From: Lama guanicoe
Lineage: Eukaryota
DNA: 64,000 nt
Direction of reading: 5' to 3'
NCBI GenBank assembly: GCA_013239625.1
Contig: MU054220.1
Location: forward strand, 8,095,367 to 8,159,366
In this document: in pieces, positions 26,499-40,885 of the stretch
Position numbering within the stretch: the stretch's first letter is position 1
How the letters are laid out: every line of letters starts with the position of its first letter
Position numbers and translations under genes: made by a program
Notes under the pieces: model-generated
The model's input: only the letters and a program-made list of their open reading frames with translations
Told to the model about the DNA's origin: nothing
The model's database searches: none

Positions 26499-26578
26499 CT
26501 GGTTTGACACCCTCTGGGCCAGGACAAGGAACAGACGCTGTCAATACAAACGCAGCACCTGTGTAACATTGCGACATC
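26499..26578 (-). pseudogene. Candidate exon (80 nt)
   Basis: Acceptor cttacattccctccag, donor CAG|GTACCA. Reads DVAMLHRCCVCIDSVCSLSWPRGCQT. The intron to the previous exon is 179 nt. Confidence 0.5.
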
Positions 26579-26757
26579 CTGGAGGGAATGTAAGTCTTTC
26601 TCAAAGATCCTTCTCTCACAAGGCAATCACCTTTTAGCAGTTGTCGCTCACCAGCAATATATGACTTACGTCACCTTAGAATTTAACAAAATACTACTCC
26701 ACCACGCTGTTTTCTTCAATCTGAACTTGTATAATATGTATATAAAATACTACCTAC

Positions 26758-26835
26758 TCATTGAACACTTCCTTCCAAACTGAACATACATGCACGCCAA
26801 ACCTACGATGGGTTACTATGGGCACCTTCATTTTC
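26758..26835 (-). pseudogene. Candidate exon (78 nt)
   Basis: Acceptor ttttttttctgcag, donor TGA|GTAGGT. Reads ENEGAHSNPS*VWRACMFSLEGSVQ*. Confidence 0.5.
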
Positions 26836-28834
26836 CTGCAGAAAAAAAAATAATTTGGATTTCTATTTTTGAAAAAACATCTTCCTAAGGTAGTCAGACT
26901 TGTATCATATTATATGTTATACTTTTGTGTATAATATTAAATTACAGTGGATTAAACAGAGTATCATGCATGCATTTTCCACAGCATATAACTGAAGTTC
27001 AAAGCATTTGTTGGATGAGTGAATGAATGTGTTTTGCAAGTCAATAATTTATTCCTGCACTTTTTTTTTTGGAATTAAGGTATTCTTCCTAGAAACAATT
27101 CAGTTTGAGGTATATTCACAAAAACAAGACTCATTCCGTTTGTAAAATGATTCCTGTTTTTTCACAGGAAAAGAGTGATGTGTGCACAGATTAGTTCTTC
27201 ACTAACTTCCTAGATATAATTTCTCCCAGCATTCAATATTCCAATCCAACATCCAAAATATAAATGAAAATATTATTTGACATCTAACTCTTAAGCAAAT
27301 AATAGGTAACTTGAAGTAAATCAACAAACACATCTCCATTTTTTGTTATTTTCTGTCAAAATTAATTTTCTTAAAATTATACATTTTAATAATAAATAGA
27401 CACAAAAATACAGAGATAAAAATGTTCTTTTTTGGTTTTTAAACAGTTATTTTGACTGACATTGTGAAGAAATAAAGCTTTTTTACTTGTGAAAATAATT
27501 TGAAACAACTGAAATTTATGAAGTGCACATTATAAATAAATGCTCAATTCCTCAGAGAATAAAATATTTTCTCTACACCTAAATTAAGGCTGTTGTCATC
27601 TAACTATCTCATTTATTCACTTATGTATGGGAGTCCCTAGGAAATTTAAGACTGAGTGATGTATTAAAAATACAGTGAGAACATTACAGATGGGTGCACA
27701 TTTTGGAATCTAACATAACTCCACTCAGAACTTTCAAAACTCAGTCAGTTTGAATACCAAAAATCTTTTAAGTCTAGCCTCTTCATTATTTCCTTCATTT
27801 TGTTCACATTTTTCTCTTCTATAGCTGACTGGTATTGAAGATGAAACACTAAAAATTCACTATCTCAAGATATTTTAATGAAACTTTGGCCTAATTTTTT
27901 CAAAATGACCTTCATATGAAATCTTGTAAAATACTGATAATTAAAAAAAAAATCATCTAACTGGTGATTTTCTAAGTGAAAAATTAGAACTTGACCTTGA
28001 CTTTCACTAGAAACAGCAATCTTTCATTATGTACAGTAATCGAGATCAATTCCTACTCCATAAATATTAGAGATGGGATTAAAATCTAATTCCCCAATTT
28101 CTTTTCACTTGTCTATGCTGCTTCTATGTGTGAATCTTGATGAATGAATGCGGTTGACCAGAACGGACAAGTAGTTTCCTAAAAGTAAGCCAGTATCGGG
28201 ATGTAGCGGCCATTTACAAGTATTTTGGCCACTCAGAAACTGAAGCCCCTTCCAACGTTGTGGAAATTCCCAGCCACATAAAACAAAGCCCCTCACAATA
28301 GAAGATGTAAAGTAGATACCTGTTTTACCAAGGTGACTTGCACGTGGGACTCACGCGCACACACACACACGCACACACCAGACACACCACACACAAGCGA
28401 CTTGGACTTAACCAATCAGCTGTACCCAGTGTGGACCTGGAATTGTAAGCCTGAGATTCACGTAAGCAGAAAAAATTGTGTATACCTTTCTGGCAACGAT
28501 GAGAGAATCAGTAGCAAGTACATTCAGTTTTCAGAGGCAGTGATGTGTGACCTTATTGAGAAATACCTCATGACATTAATAGAAAATTTAGAAAAACAAG
28601 CATAGAATTGAGGCAATCATTAACACTAGAAAAAACAAGATACTGTGTAAGAATAAAAACATGTCTATGTTCATTATGTGCTACAGCTGTGAATAATATA
28701 GTCCAAACAATCCATTTGTGAAAAATATAGATTTAAGTAAAAATTGGGATGTCATATTACAAAGATTAGGAAAAGGGAGTGATAAACAGTAAGAAAAGCT
28801 ACAGCTTCATTTTTCAAATGTGGAAGTCAATATA

Positions 28835-29308
28835 TGTATTAGGTTTTCCAGATAAACAGAATAAATGGGATGCATAAATATATGTACATAGTTGAAGAGA
28901 GATAAAAAGATGAGAGAGGGAGGGAAGGTTTGGAAGGGAGGGAATGAGAGAGAGAGAAAGAGAAAGAGAAAGATTTATTTGAAAAAAATAGCTCACATAT
29001 TTGTGGAAACTTGACAAGTTCAAAATCTGCAGGGTAGGCCAGCCAGGAATAGGTTGTTGTTCACTTCCAAAGGCAATCTCCTGGCAGAATCAATTCTCAC
29101 ATGAGGATGTCAGTCTTTTTGATCAAGGCCTTCAACTGATTAAACAAGACTCACCCACAATATAGAGGGTGAGCTGCTTAACTCAAACCTACTGATTTAA
29201 ATGCTAGTCTCATCTGAAAAAATACTCTCACAGAAACATCTAGAATGTTTGACCAACTATCTGGATACCATGGCCTAGCCAAGTTGGCACATAATATTAA
29301 CCATCAAA
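28835..29308 (-). mobile_element. MLT2 (ERVL) solo LTR
   Basis: tgtattaggttttccagataaacaga...ggcctagccaagttggcacataatattaaccatca; TSD atata / atatc. Confidence 0.8.
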
Positions 29309-29714
29309 ATATCTAAACCTGAAAAATCAAGAAATATTAAAGGAAAGTGGGCTTAGAAATAGGGAATGTTTAAATAGGGGACTGTTTTTCTCATTATAAG
29401 TCTGATAATTTTTACTATTTGGCTCTTTAACCTAAATGAAAAGATTATCTGGATAAAAATAACATATTAAAAATACTTCAATAAAATTTTTAAAAAATCA
29501 TGTAGTCATAAATATTTCAAATATATGTTAAGTGTCTTGTCTTTCACCTCCTCTTAAGACAAATGTTCCAAAAATGACAGAGAATTTATAAAATCATCCA
29601 TCCACTTGGGAAAGTGAGGATTAGTAAAGCGGTGAAATGCCCAAGTTTGCATGAAGGTCTTGGCTAATGAAAGCATCAGTAAATAATTCCTGGATCACAA
29701 AAGTAAATACATAC

Positions 29715-29890
29715 ATATATCCAACAATGACTTTTGAGTCATCACCAAAACCACATCCCAAACCACCTGCAATTGCTATCAACATCACAAAATTGTCCTT
29801 CCATAAGAAGATGATGCGGAAGTCTTGACTTCGTCGCCTGAATATCTCTAACCTCAAGAAACTTACAGGATTTGCCAATAAAATGATAAC
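29715..29890 (-). pseudogene. Candidate exon (176 nt)
   Basis: Donor TAT|GTATGT; acceptor weak. The phase-compatible frame reads GYHFIGKSCKFLEVRDIQATKSRLPHHLLMEGQFCDVDSNCRWFGMWFW**LKSHCWIY, with tandem TGA TGA. Confidence 0.5.
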
Positions 29891-30599
29891 CTACTCTAAG
29901 AATATGTCATATATGAAGAGAATCCTTTCTTTTGCCTCATAGCCTAATGTTCTTTTAGCGCCATCCATCAGGGAGTGGAAGCAAAGAGTCATTCAAGAAA
30001 TACACTGACAGATTTCCTTAGAGAGCCCTAACTACGTCCCCTGAAATCGTTTCTATTTTAGAATCTCCATATTGCCTTCAAACTGATCAAAAATCTGTAT
30101 TAGTTCCCTTCATCTGGTTATTTGCCTGTAATCGCTCCTTACCCACTTTACCTGTTGATGACATCACTTTCCTCAGTGACAAGACCTTCCTTCATGTCTC
30201 ATTCTTACCTCTTTGCTCAACATTCTTTAAAACATGAGTTATTGCTTTCCTTAGTGGATAAGTTTATTTCAGGGAATTTCTTGACATTTCATAATAAATT
30301 TTGGCTCTGTGTTTTTAAAATAAATGTATCTAGCTCTATGTTATTTATCCAGCCATTTTATAAACAGCATGTGAAATTTGTCAGTTACTACATATAAAGT
30401 AATTATCTTAACAATTACACTCACTGTTTGATAAACAGAAGTATTTTTTAAACATTACATATCTTGACCCAAGACTGTTTAAGTCACATGCAGACATTTT
30501 TGTGTGTATTTTTTTCCAGTTACATTTTTGGTTATCAGTTTGAGATTTCACATTGATGTACAAAACATGATAATACTTTTCATTTAAGATAATAAAAAT

Positions 30600-32160
30600 A
30601 CGGTCTAAGTTAGCAATTTGGCACAGAAATTCTGGTTTTATGTGATAAGCTCACATAAAAATTAGATGTCTTTCTTACAAATCAGCAACAGGTTGTTTGA
30701 AAATGAGATCCAAACATGGTAAGGCTTCTAGAAATAAACTAACATCAAATATGAAAGACTTACATAGGGAAAATTTTATGAACTTTTCTGAATGGTACAA
30801 ATGAGAACCTAAACAAATTGGATGTAGCATGTTCATAAGTGGGAAGATTCAGTAAGTGTATTTTCCCAAATACGTCTTTAAATTCAGTGTATTCCAATTC
30901 TCAACAGTACTTTTTTCTTTTTATTTTTTGAAACTTGACAATCTGACTCTACGATGTTATGGAAACATACATAATCAAAGCAATGAAAATGATTTTGAAA
31001 TAAGATCTCTATAACTGCTTTGTCAAGTATTAATCTTATTTTAAATCTACAGTAATTAACCCAACTAATAACATTGGTATGGAAGATGAACAGATCATTT
31101 TGGTGGGGAGTTCAGAAACAGACGCACTAATACACTGAAATTAGATATGCAGCAGATTCACAGATGTAGGTGAGCTAGTCACCGAAGGGTGCTATGAGAA
31201 ACAGGATTTTAGGGAAAAAAAAATTAAATCCTACCTCACATCACACATGAAATAATAGTCTGGGGAATGATGTGCCTAAATTAAAAATTCATATGCTTTA
31301 AAATAGTTCTTATATGTTTGTAAATAGGAAGATTATATATACTTATACATAAACATCAAATTTTTTTTATAATGAATTGATGTGGGAAGTGTATAAAAGC
31401 AAGAGATGCAAAGGAAAGACATATTTTACTACATTAAAATTAGAAAATGACTTTCTAATACAAAATTATACTATATATAAGACTTACAAATATACAATGA
31501 AAAGATACACAGTTTACCTTCAGTGGACAAAGAATATCATCAGGCGATTCACAAACAAAGTAAAACAAAGAGCGAATAACATTTTGAAAAGACACTTAAC
31601 CACAGTAGTAACCAAAGGGAGAAAACAGAAAAAATAGAATATGATTTAAAGGCTATTAATTCAGAACAAATTAAAAGCCTGACAACATTAGACATTGACA
31701 AAGCAGTGTACCAAGGGACACACTTAAACTACACAGGGGGAATGCAAATTTTATAAACACTTTATAAGTGATTTGGCAATATCTCTGAAAGGCACATAAC
31801 TAACTTAATCAATTCACAACTGTAGTACCTTATGCAAGGTAGTTTATTTTTCTTTTATGGAATAAGTATGGAGGCAGACAATCCAAGATGGTCATTTGGT
31901 CCCCAGGCACATGTATATGTACTTGAAGTACAAAAACCTGCATCATAATAAAGCACATAAACATTCATAAGAAGGAAGGAGAAAGAGTGGGAAATAATGA
32001 GCCAGTTAACAAGTGCTAAGCAGGAATTCAACAATATCTTTCACGTTGTGTTTCTTTAAAAAAATGGCAAACAATTAGATCCTGTTAAAATTGAGTAGAT
32101 TGGTAATAGGGTGTTTGTTATGTTAATCTCTGCAATTTACTCTATTTTAAAAATATTTAA
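30600..32160 (+). mobile_element. Old L1ME-like ORF2 / 3' remnants
   Basis: Degenerate ORF2 text (e.g. cctacctcacatcacacatgaaataa). Confidence 0.6.
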
Positions 32161-34351
32161 GATAACATTATTTTAGTCCATAGAAATTAAAAATAGTAAT
32201 ACATAACATAAAGGGTGAACATTTTCATTCAGTATGCCTGCTCACTTCAGAGAGCCAGTCTACATTTGGAAGTTCCTCATCACAGGAATCCTACTGATCT
32301 GCAAAGACCATCTCCTTTTACAAACACTGAGAAATCTGCACCCTCCTCTTTCCTGTCTCCCTATAGGTGGGCACAATTATAGGGCCTGGGACAGAGAGAC
32401 GGGGCGAGAAGCTTTCTCTTTCTCACCATGAGGACAGTGAGCAGAGTTGAGAAGTCACATTCCCGAAGCCGGAGTGAGGACACAGTAAAGTGCAGCGTTC
32501 TCAGCCCGCCGGCAGTGGCAGCTGCTCCCCCTTCAGACTAGTTCTGGGCTGGAGCTCGGGGATTTGCTGCTGGAAGCTCTGCTCTGCCTTGAGCATAACT
32601 GGCAAGTCCTCTTACACATTTTTTAAACAATCTGATATCTCTTTAACTTTCTTCTCTGTATTAGACATCAGAGCCAATTTTCAAGCGGATGGGCTGAAGC
32701 AGAAATATAGGTGCTGCCAAAGCAAATTTAATGGGTGGTAGAGGAAACAGCTGGAAACAGAGTAGGTGTGCAAGACACTAATGGAACTGAACTGCAGGAG
32801 AAGAAATAGGCAAAACCCAATATAGTCAAAGACCATGGAGGAGTGTTTAGAGGGCGGGCTTGTGCTCAACTATTCACAGAGGGAGTGCACGATAATGGGA
32901 AAAGACAGGATCGTGAAAACATATAGGCTTGAATTCTGGGTTCCGACTCAATCTTTTCTGAAGGCAAGAGGCTTCTCACACGCCTTTACACATGCATGGA
33001 AGACGTTATTAAGACAATAGTTCTTATTTTTGGATTACACAATTATAATTGACATCTGGTTGGGAATCACGCAGATATTACCATGTGTATTTTTATTCTA
33101 TCCGAATTCCAGAAAGCATTCCAGTGTGCGATGGGGCAGATGCAGCTGTGTGTGTGTTTTTCCTATGGCTCTCAATGAGTCAGATTGCCATCAATATTTG
33201 ATTAAGGTTGATTAACCTGTATTCAGGTTGACCACAACATAAACAACTATGAATACTTGCAAAATAACAGAAATTTCTTTTTCATGTCTACATACATTCT
33301 GTGAAATATTTCATTCACTTAAGGCAGCTCTCCTTATAATGGGGTTTTTATTAATCCTACAGTAATTGAAAACATATTTGTGCTGTTGTAATATCTTGTT
33401 TTTTTTAATGTTTTAATGTCTTTTTAAAATTTTTAGATATTAAGGGAGGAAATAAAAAATCAAAAGACGAATGCAAAATATGCTACCTCCATGACCTTGA
33501 TACTAAATCTATATGAATTTCAGTTTTGTCAAATGTAAAAATGAAGAGATTAAACAAAAAGAACTCAAAAGTTCCTTCTGACATTAAGATTCTGGTTCTA
33601 TGAATACAGATTGATTTTTTTTTTGGCCAAGATGGTACTAAAATAAATATTTCTATCATTATAAACCAAGTAAAATTTCCCACTTCTGAGATTTGAGAGT
33701 AGCATTCCAGAAGACCCGAAAAGTCACAAAATTAGGAGCACGAAATTTATGATGGAATGATTTGACACCCAGGATTGACATTTTATAACTGTCATTCTCC
33801 AAATATTATTTTATCTAGTAAATGTGCTCAGGAAATATTTTGTAAATATAATTTAAAAAGACATGTGAAGAGAATTACTCATTTTCCTGATTTTATATGT
33901 GGGTATTTTGGTGACAACTCAGGCTTAATTTTATCCTGTTATGTGTCCACTTTACAGAAATGTAAAATAATATCTCTTCCAGGAAGTTTCAGTAAATAAC
34001 TCTGTTTAGAACTTGGTAATGTAAGAAACATCCCACTAAACTTTGAAATAGAGACTTCACAATCAAACTAACTTAGTTTTAATACCCATCTGTCCTTGGG
34101 ATACAACAGTAACTTAAAGACTTTGCTACACGGAAACAATGACCTACATTTTATTAAACAACTACATTTTAACTCTTCCAAGGGCATTATATGCATTATT
34201 CTGTTTTTCTCTCAGACATATCTGTGCAATGCATATTATGCCTATTTTATAGATTAGAAAACTAGGGTTCTGAATAAATAACCAGGGTGTGCTGGCAACA
34301 CATTTTTCAAGGTGACTTAACATACATTATTATTTAACCTTAATAACAAGC

Positions 34352-36084
34352 TCTTTTTATTTACTTATTTTTTATTGAAATATAGGTGATTTATAATATT
34401 GTAGTAGTTTCAGGTGTACAATATGGTGACTCAATGTTTCACTCCATTTAAACTTATTGCACCCCAATGTTCATAGCAGCACAATACACAATAGCCAAGA
34501 CATGGAAGCAATCTAAATGTCCACTGACAGATGACTGGATAAAGGAGTTGTGGTATATTTATACAATGGAATACTACTTAGCTATGAAAAGAATAAAATA
34601 ATGCCATTTGCAGCAACATGGATAGACTGGAGCTTGTCATTCTAAGCGAAATAACCAGAAAGAGAAAAAAAATAACATATGATATAACTTACATGTGTAA
34701 TCTTAAAAAAAAAAAGACAAATGAACTTATTTATAAAACAGAAACAGACTCACAGACACAGTAAACAATTTTACAGTTACTAGGGGAAAGCGGGCAGGAA
34801 GGGATACATTTGGGAGTTTGAGATTTGCAAATGTTAACCACTGTCCATAAAAAACAGATCAAAAAATACATTTCTTCTATACAGCACAGGAACTATATTC
34901 AGTATCTTGTAATAATCTTTAATGAAAAAGAATATGAAAACAAATATATGTATATATATGCATGACTGTATACTAGAAACAGACATGCCGTAACTGACTA
35001 TACTTCAATTAAAAAAAATAATAAAGTTATTGTAAAATACTTGCTGTGTTCCCCGTGGTATACAGGATACCTTGTAGCTTATGTATTTCACACATAGGAG
35101 TTTGTACCTCTTAATCCCCTATCCCTATCTTGCGCCTCCTAAGCATAGTACCCTCCAGGTCTATCCATGTTGCTGCAAATGACAGAGTTTCATTCTTTTT
35201 TTTTTAAGGCAGTGTAATATTCAACTATATAATTATATACACATCCTATATCTTTATCCATTCATCTGTTGATATACACTGTGGTTGCTTCCATATCATG
35301 ACTACTATAAATAATGTTGCTATGAACACTGAGGTGGGTGTATCTTGTTGAATTAGTGTTTTCATTTTCTTCAGACATATACCCAAGAGCGGAAAATAAT
35401 AAAATTAGAACACTTTCTGATAGCATTTACAAAAATCAACTCAAAGTGGATTAAATACTAGATGTAAAACAAGAAATCATAAAACTCCTAGAAGGGAACA
35501 CAGGCAGAACACCCTTTGACGTAAATTGAAGTAATATATTTTTTTTTTGGATCTGTTTCCCAAGGTAAGAGAAACAAAAGCAAAAGTAAACAAATGGGAC
35601 TTAATTAAACTTAAAGGCTTTTGCACGGCAAAGAAAACCACTGACAAAATGAAAAGACAATCTGCTGAATGGGAGAAATATTTGAAAATGATATGACATA
35701 AATTATTAATATCCTATATATATAAACAGCTCATACAATTCAATATCAAAAAAAAAACCCAACCCAATTAAAAATGAGTGGAAGACCTGAACTGACATTT
35801 TTTTCTACAAAAATATACAGATGGCCAACAGGCACATGCAAAGATGTTTGACACTGCTGATCACCATAGAAATGCCAATTAAAACCACAATGAGGTACCA
35901 CCTCATTACTGACAGAATGGCTATCATCAAAAAAATCTACAAATAACAAATGTTGGTAAGGATATGGAGAAAAGGGACCCCTAGAACACTATCGGTGGGA
36001 ATGTAAATTGGTGGAAAACCACTGTGGAAAACATGGAGGTTTCCCAAAAAATTTAAAAGGGAATTATCATATGATGCAGCAATA
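34352..36084 (-). mobile_element. LINE-1 with 5' inversion, interrupted by a younger L1
   Basis: Antisense 3' part at 34352-34459 and 35022-35394; inverted (plus) ORF2 part at ~35395-36084. Confidence 0.8.
34460..35021 (+). mobile_element. Younger L1 3' fragment nested in L1
   Basis: ORF2 end, 3'UTR and poly(A); TSD taaacttattg / taaagttattg. Confidence 0.85.
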
Positions 36085-37464
36085 AGAATCCTTTATAGTT
36101 AGAGACCACTCTCTATTGGAATAATGATATTTACAGGGAGGGGTTAAGTCACTTGCACAGAGTTACTGAATCTGCAAATGACAGAAGAGAATAAAAAGTG
36201 ACTTCTGTTTACATTTCAAATCTTGCCCAATTTTACTCCACCATGCTTTACAATTACTGACTTTCTCTCCTTCCTTCTTACACCTCTAGTTTCCACAAGG
36301 CTGGTGAATAGGAGAAGAGAGCTTTAGCTATTACAGGCATGTGTACTTGTACATACATATACATGTATTTATCTAAGTGGTAACAGAATTGGAGGGATTC
36401 CATTGTAACAAGTATAAGATCAGGTTCCTGCCATCGAAGAGCCTAGAGTCCACACAGGGACAGTGTTCACGGATTAATGCGAAATTCGAGAAGGTGACAG
36501 TGTGTCACAAACGAGTAATTCAGAAAGCATACGCCACCACAGTTCTGCACAGACTACATGTGCATCCAGACCTGATCGGTTCATTCTGGATACGTTATCT
36601 GAAGAGTCTGGAAAGTGACCAATCAATATTCTTCAGTGAATCACACACTATTTTGACCCTATTCTAATAAAGATCCAAAAAAAGCCATGAAGGAAAGGCA
36701 AGTTTAACATCAGATTAGCAACTATTAGCTGTCATGGAAATAATATGGGATAATACGGCAGAAACCCATAACCGGAGTCAGAGAATCCATGATGCAAATC
36801 TGGGCTCATTGGGATGAAACAAGTTTTACTTGGAAAAATCCAGCAGGAGCCAAGGATACGACGTAGAGGATTCAGAATCAAAGATTCCAAATGAATGCAT
36901 TGTGCTCAGAAGAGCGGGAGTCAGAAACTAAGGTTACATTGTTTAAAGCCTGCCTAAGAGCTAAAGATTTTGACCTATATAAGGAAGCCAGGAACTTTTA
37001 GAGATTTTTTTTGTGAACAAGTGTAATTTTTAAAGAGTAGTTTTTGAGGGTCTTATCGGAGTTAATTTTAACGGAGTTTGTACACACACACACACATACA
37101 CTTTTTTTTTTCAGTTTTTTAAGCAATCTAAAGGTTGTCACAAAGGAAAACATGGCAGTGGTCAAAGGATCATCTTGGAGCAGAAGAAACACATGGATGG
37201 TCTTTCCTTGTTTCTGGAGCTATGTCATAATGGTGAGCAACTATTTTCCAAGAATGAGAGTGGCGTTGGTCATAGGTAGATGACTTTCCAGGTAAGTCCA
37301 CAGATAGGATGTAACAAGACACTAAAACCTATATGCATACACTGAATAATCGTCTGCAAGGTGCGTAGGTATGTTTTCAATGTTAAACTTCACTTTTAAA
37401 ACTTTTCAATTTAAAAGCCTTTAAGTAGGTATGCCTTCTCCAATCCTCCTTTGACTTCTCTCAC

Positions 37465-37467
<3 letters not shown>

Positions 37468-37531
<64 letters not shown>
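37468..37531. repeat. Compound microsatellite (CT)n(AT)n
   Basis: Directly visible. Confidence 0.95.
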
Positions 37532-38619
37532 GATATATCTCTCAAATACTTACATTGCCCAGTATGGAAATATGTTTTTCCCACTAGGCAACATAACTAT
37601 TTAACTTAACAATTCTTAGTGTAACCTATAAAACATTATCTTCAAAAATATTTAGGTGACTAGGGCCCCAGAACTTAGTTGGTCAATGAAATAAATAATT
37701 CACAGATAAATAAGAGCCAAGCATTAAAATTCAGGAAGGAATTAAATACTGTACAACCATTAGGTCTTTTTTTCAAAATTCTCTCTTTGAAGAGGCTACA
37801 CATACAAAGACTGTTATATTGAATTTGAGTCAAAAACCTAGAGAGAGCTTAAACACCTTTATTTGTTCTGTCATAAAGGATGCATATCCAATGTGGTTGG
37901 TTATAAAATTCAAATGTAAATGTCTTCATCTCTCTTTTTGGGAAATAAATACATGGTAAAAAAAAAAAAACTCTGCTGTCTAGGTAAGCAATCTTCCATA
38001 AAAGTTTGTCTTGTATGAATATTTTAGTTGAAATATTCAGAAATGGTAAGAAATGCATATGATATATGCCAACTAATCTGTTAAATCTAGAATAAATATA
38101 TACACGTATATACTTGTAAATTATACATGAACACATATATAATTTCTAAAGTGGCACAGACTAAAAAGTGAGAAAACATTGAAAAATTACATTTGCCTGG
38201 TGATATTTTATCAAAAATACATAAAGGAGGGAAATATAAGAGAGAGAACAAAAAACATATGTAACTTTACAAATCATCTCATTTGAAGTTTATAGAATTC
38301 CTCTCAATCTTTAGAACACATTATACACGTTGTTCATTTTCACAACTACGTATCTGGCAATATTTTTAAAGATCCATTGCCCATGAATGAATGTTACTGA
38401 GGTAGCCATTTTATTATGTAAATAAAAGAAGGGAGGAGTGAACTACCATATATTTTAGGCAAGGCATTTGAAAATTTAGTGTTTATTTTATAATTGAGGT
38501 TTAGACGTGTTAAGTAAAATGTTCAAGGTCTCTTAATGCTAGTCAGTGGAAGAATCATTGTGAGTAGTCAGGTCTTCCTGGTGTGTGTATCAACATTTTT
38601 GTCTCATTTGTTAAATTAC

Positions 38620-38702
38620 CTTCCATTTTTGAGCTTAGTAAGGCAAACACAGACTGTTTAAAATTCTGATTTCCAAATGAAAAATATGCATTCTTGGCAA
38701 AG
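38620..38702 (-). pseudogene. Candidate exon (83 nt)
   Basis: Acceptor gttttattttccag, donor AAG|GTAATT. The only open frame, FAKNAYFSFGNQNFKQSVFALLSSKME, is phase-compatible with the neighbouring exons. Confidence 0.6.
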
Positions 38703-38869
38703 CTGGAAAATAAAACATTCCAATGGAAACTAAACAACTGTCATCAGTATACCCACATGCAGTATGCAGCTTCCACTATCAGGTTTCTATGTACATATTT
38801 ATTTAATTTTACTAACTGGGAGCCATTCTATAGATATCTTTTTATACATATTTTTCCCTTTTGTAGAGA

Positions 38870-39720
38870 TTTGCACATGCCAATAATATTATCCCACATC
38901 ATTAGTTTAATGGATTCATGAAAAGATTTATTTACTTCAATATATCTCACTGGATATTTGTCATTTCTAACTTTTATTATCAACAGTGCTATGATGAACA
39001 TGCTTTCAGCGACCTCTTTCTGCATATCCCTAATTAGTTTCTTGTAATACATTCATAGAGAGAATCTGTTCAGTTGAAAGGAAATACATTTCTCAATTTA
39101 CTGATATTTTGCTAAATTACCTTCTCAATATTTTTACCTATTTCAATTCACAAAAATAGGATATGAAAGCATCCACAGCCCATCTATATAATTGCTAAGA
39201 CTAGATAAAATCTTTACCCCAAAGAAAAAGCTCTTCCAGTCTTATGTGAAAAAATACTACCTTGGGGATTTAACTGTCATTTCTTTGATTATTAGTGACG
39301 TTGGAAATGCTTTCATTGGCTTATTGGTTTTCTGTGTATCTTCTTTTATAATAGACTAATTTAAGTCTGTCTGTTTATCTATTGGGGTTTTCAGCTTCTT
39401 TTGAAAATAGAGCTTTCACACTTGAAAAGCCTTTTCAGTGTCTGTTTGCTCCCATCTCCAGTTTTAGCCTTTTATCTTTATAATTAATTTTATAATCAGA
39501 TGATTTATGTTTAACGTAGTCCAATGTGTAAATACATTGAACTTTTCATGTATGTTTGGCAAAGACTTCACCACAATTTAATTAAATATCTCTATCTCTT
39601 CCTATATTTTCTAGTTCCTTTGTGTTTACATTTTTAGGTTCAAATATTTAACAGAGGTCTGTTTGTCATAAAGAGATTTCTCGTTTTTTTCCCCTGATTT
39701 TGTTAGGCAATATTCCCAAC
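38870..39720 (-). mobile_element. Old L1M fragment
   Basis: Degenerate antisense ORF2 text (catttctttgattattagtgacgttgga...). Confidence 0.65.
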
Positions 39721-40169
39721 TGTCAAGGCTCTTTGAATGCTCACAATAACACTTTATCTTATTTTATTTTATATCACTGCGTGTTAAGCAGTCCTGTGAC
39801 CCAATTATGCTTATCTTATACAGAATCACTAATATGTTCTAGGCTTTTCTGAAAGACAGAAGGAATTCAGGTTATAAAAGGAACAAATTTAAGGCAAACA
39901 TGAACTGGCCTACTAAAATGCATACGTGCCGTGCACATACTGTGAGACGAGCCTGTCTAAACTCAGTGAACACATAAAGTTAGGTCCCTAAATATATTTA
40001 TAAAGTAAATAGCATTAACCTCCTGATTTATAGATTAAATAAATAATGATATTGAGGCAAAAGGTCCCATAAATAGAAACAGAGAGAAGATTCAAATCCA
40101 GGCAAGTTGACCCCAGTGGCTATGCTATTTATCATTACACTATATATTTTCCCACAAATAAATAAATAA

Positions 40170-40885
40170 TGGGAAACAGTATGGAGGTTCCTTAAAATAC
40201 TAAAAATAGAGTTGCCACATGACCAGCAAACCCACTCCTGGGCATATATCCAGAGAAAATTGAAAAGAAACATGCACCCCAATGTTCATAGCAGCACTAT
40301 TTATAATAGCCAAGACATGGAAGCAACCTACATGTTCATCAACAGATGAATGGATAAAGATGTGGTATCTAGCTAGCTAGCTAGCTAGCTAGTTATCTAT
40401 CTATCTATCTATCTACACAATAAATACTACTGAGCCATAAAAAAGGATGAAATAATGCCATTTGCAGCAACATGATGGACCTAGAGATTATCACTGTAAG
40501 TGAAGTAAGTCAGAGAAAGACAAACATTACATGATATCATTTATATGTGGAATCTAAAATATGATTCAGATGAACTTATTTACAAAACAGAAGCAGACTC
40601 ACAGACATAGAAAACAAACATGGTTACCAAAGAGGAAAGGGAAGGGAAAAATTAGGAGTGTGGGATTAGCTCACGAAAACTACTATATTTAAAATAGATA
40701 AGGTCCTACAATATAGCACAGGGAACTATATTCAATATTCTGCAGCACAAACCAAATGGTTTACTAACAATACTGGAAAAGAATATGAAAAAGAATATGC
40801 ATATATATGCATAACTGAATCACTTTGCTGTATACCATAAACTAACACGATGTTGTAAACAACTATGATTCAATTTAAAAAAAGA
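40170..40885 (+). mobile_element. Cetartiodactyl-type L1 3' fragment with internal (CTAG)n(CTAT)n
   Basis: ORF2 end and 3'UTR atagcacagggaactatattcaa...ataactgaatcactttgctgta. Confidence 0.9.
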
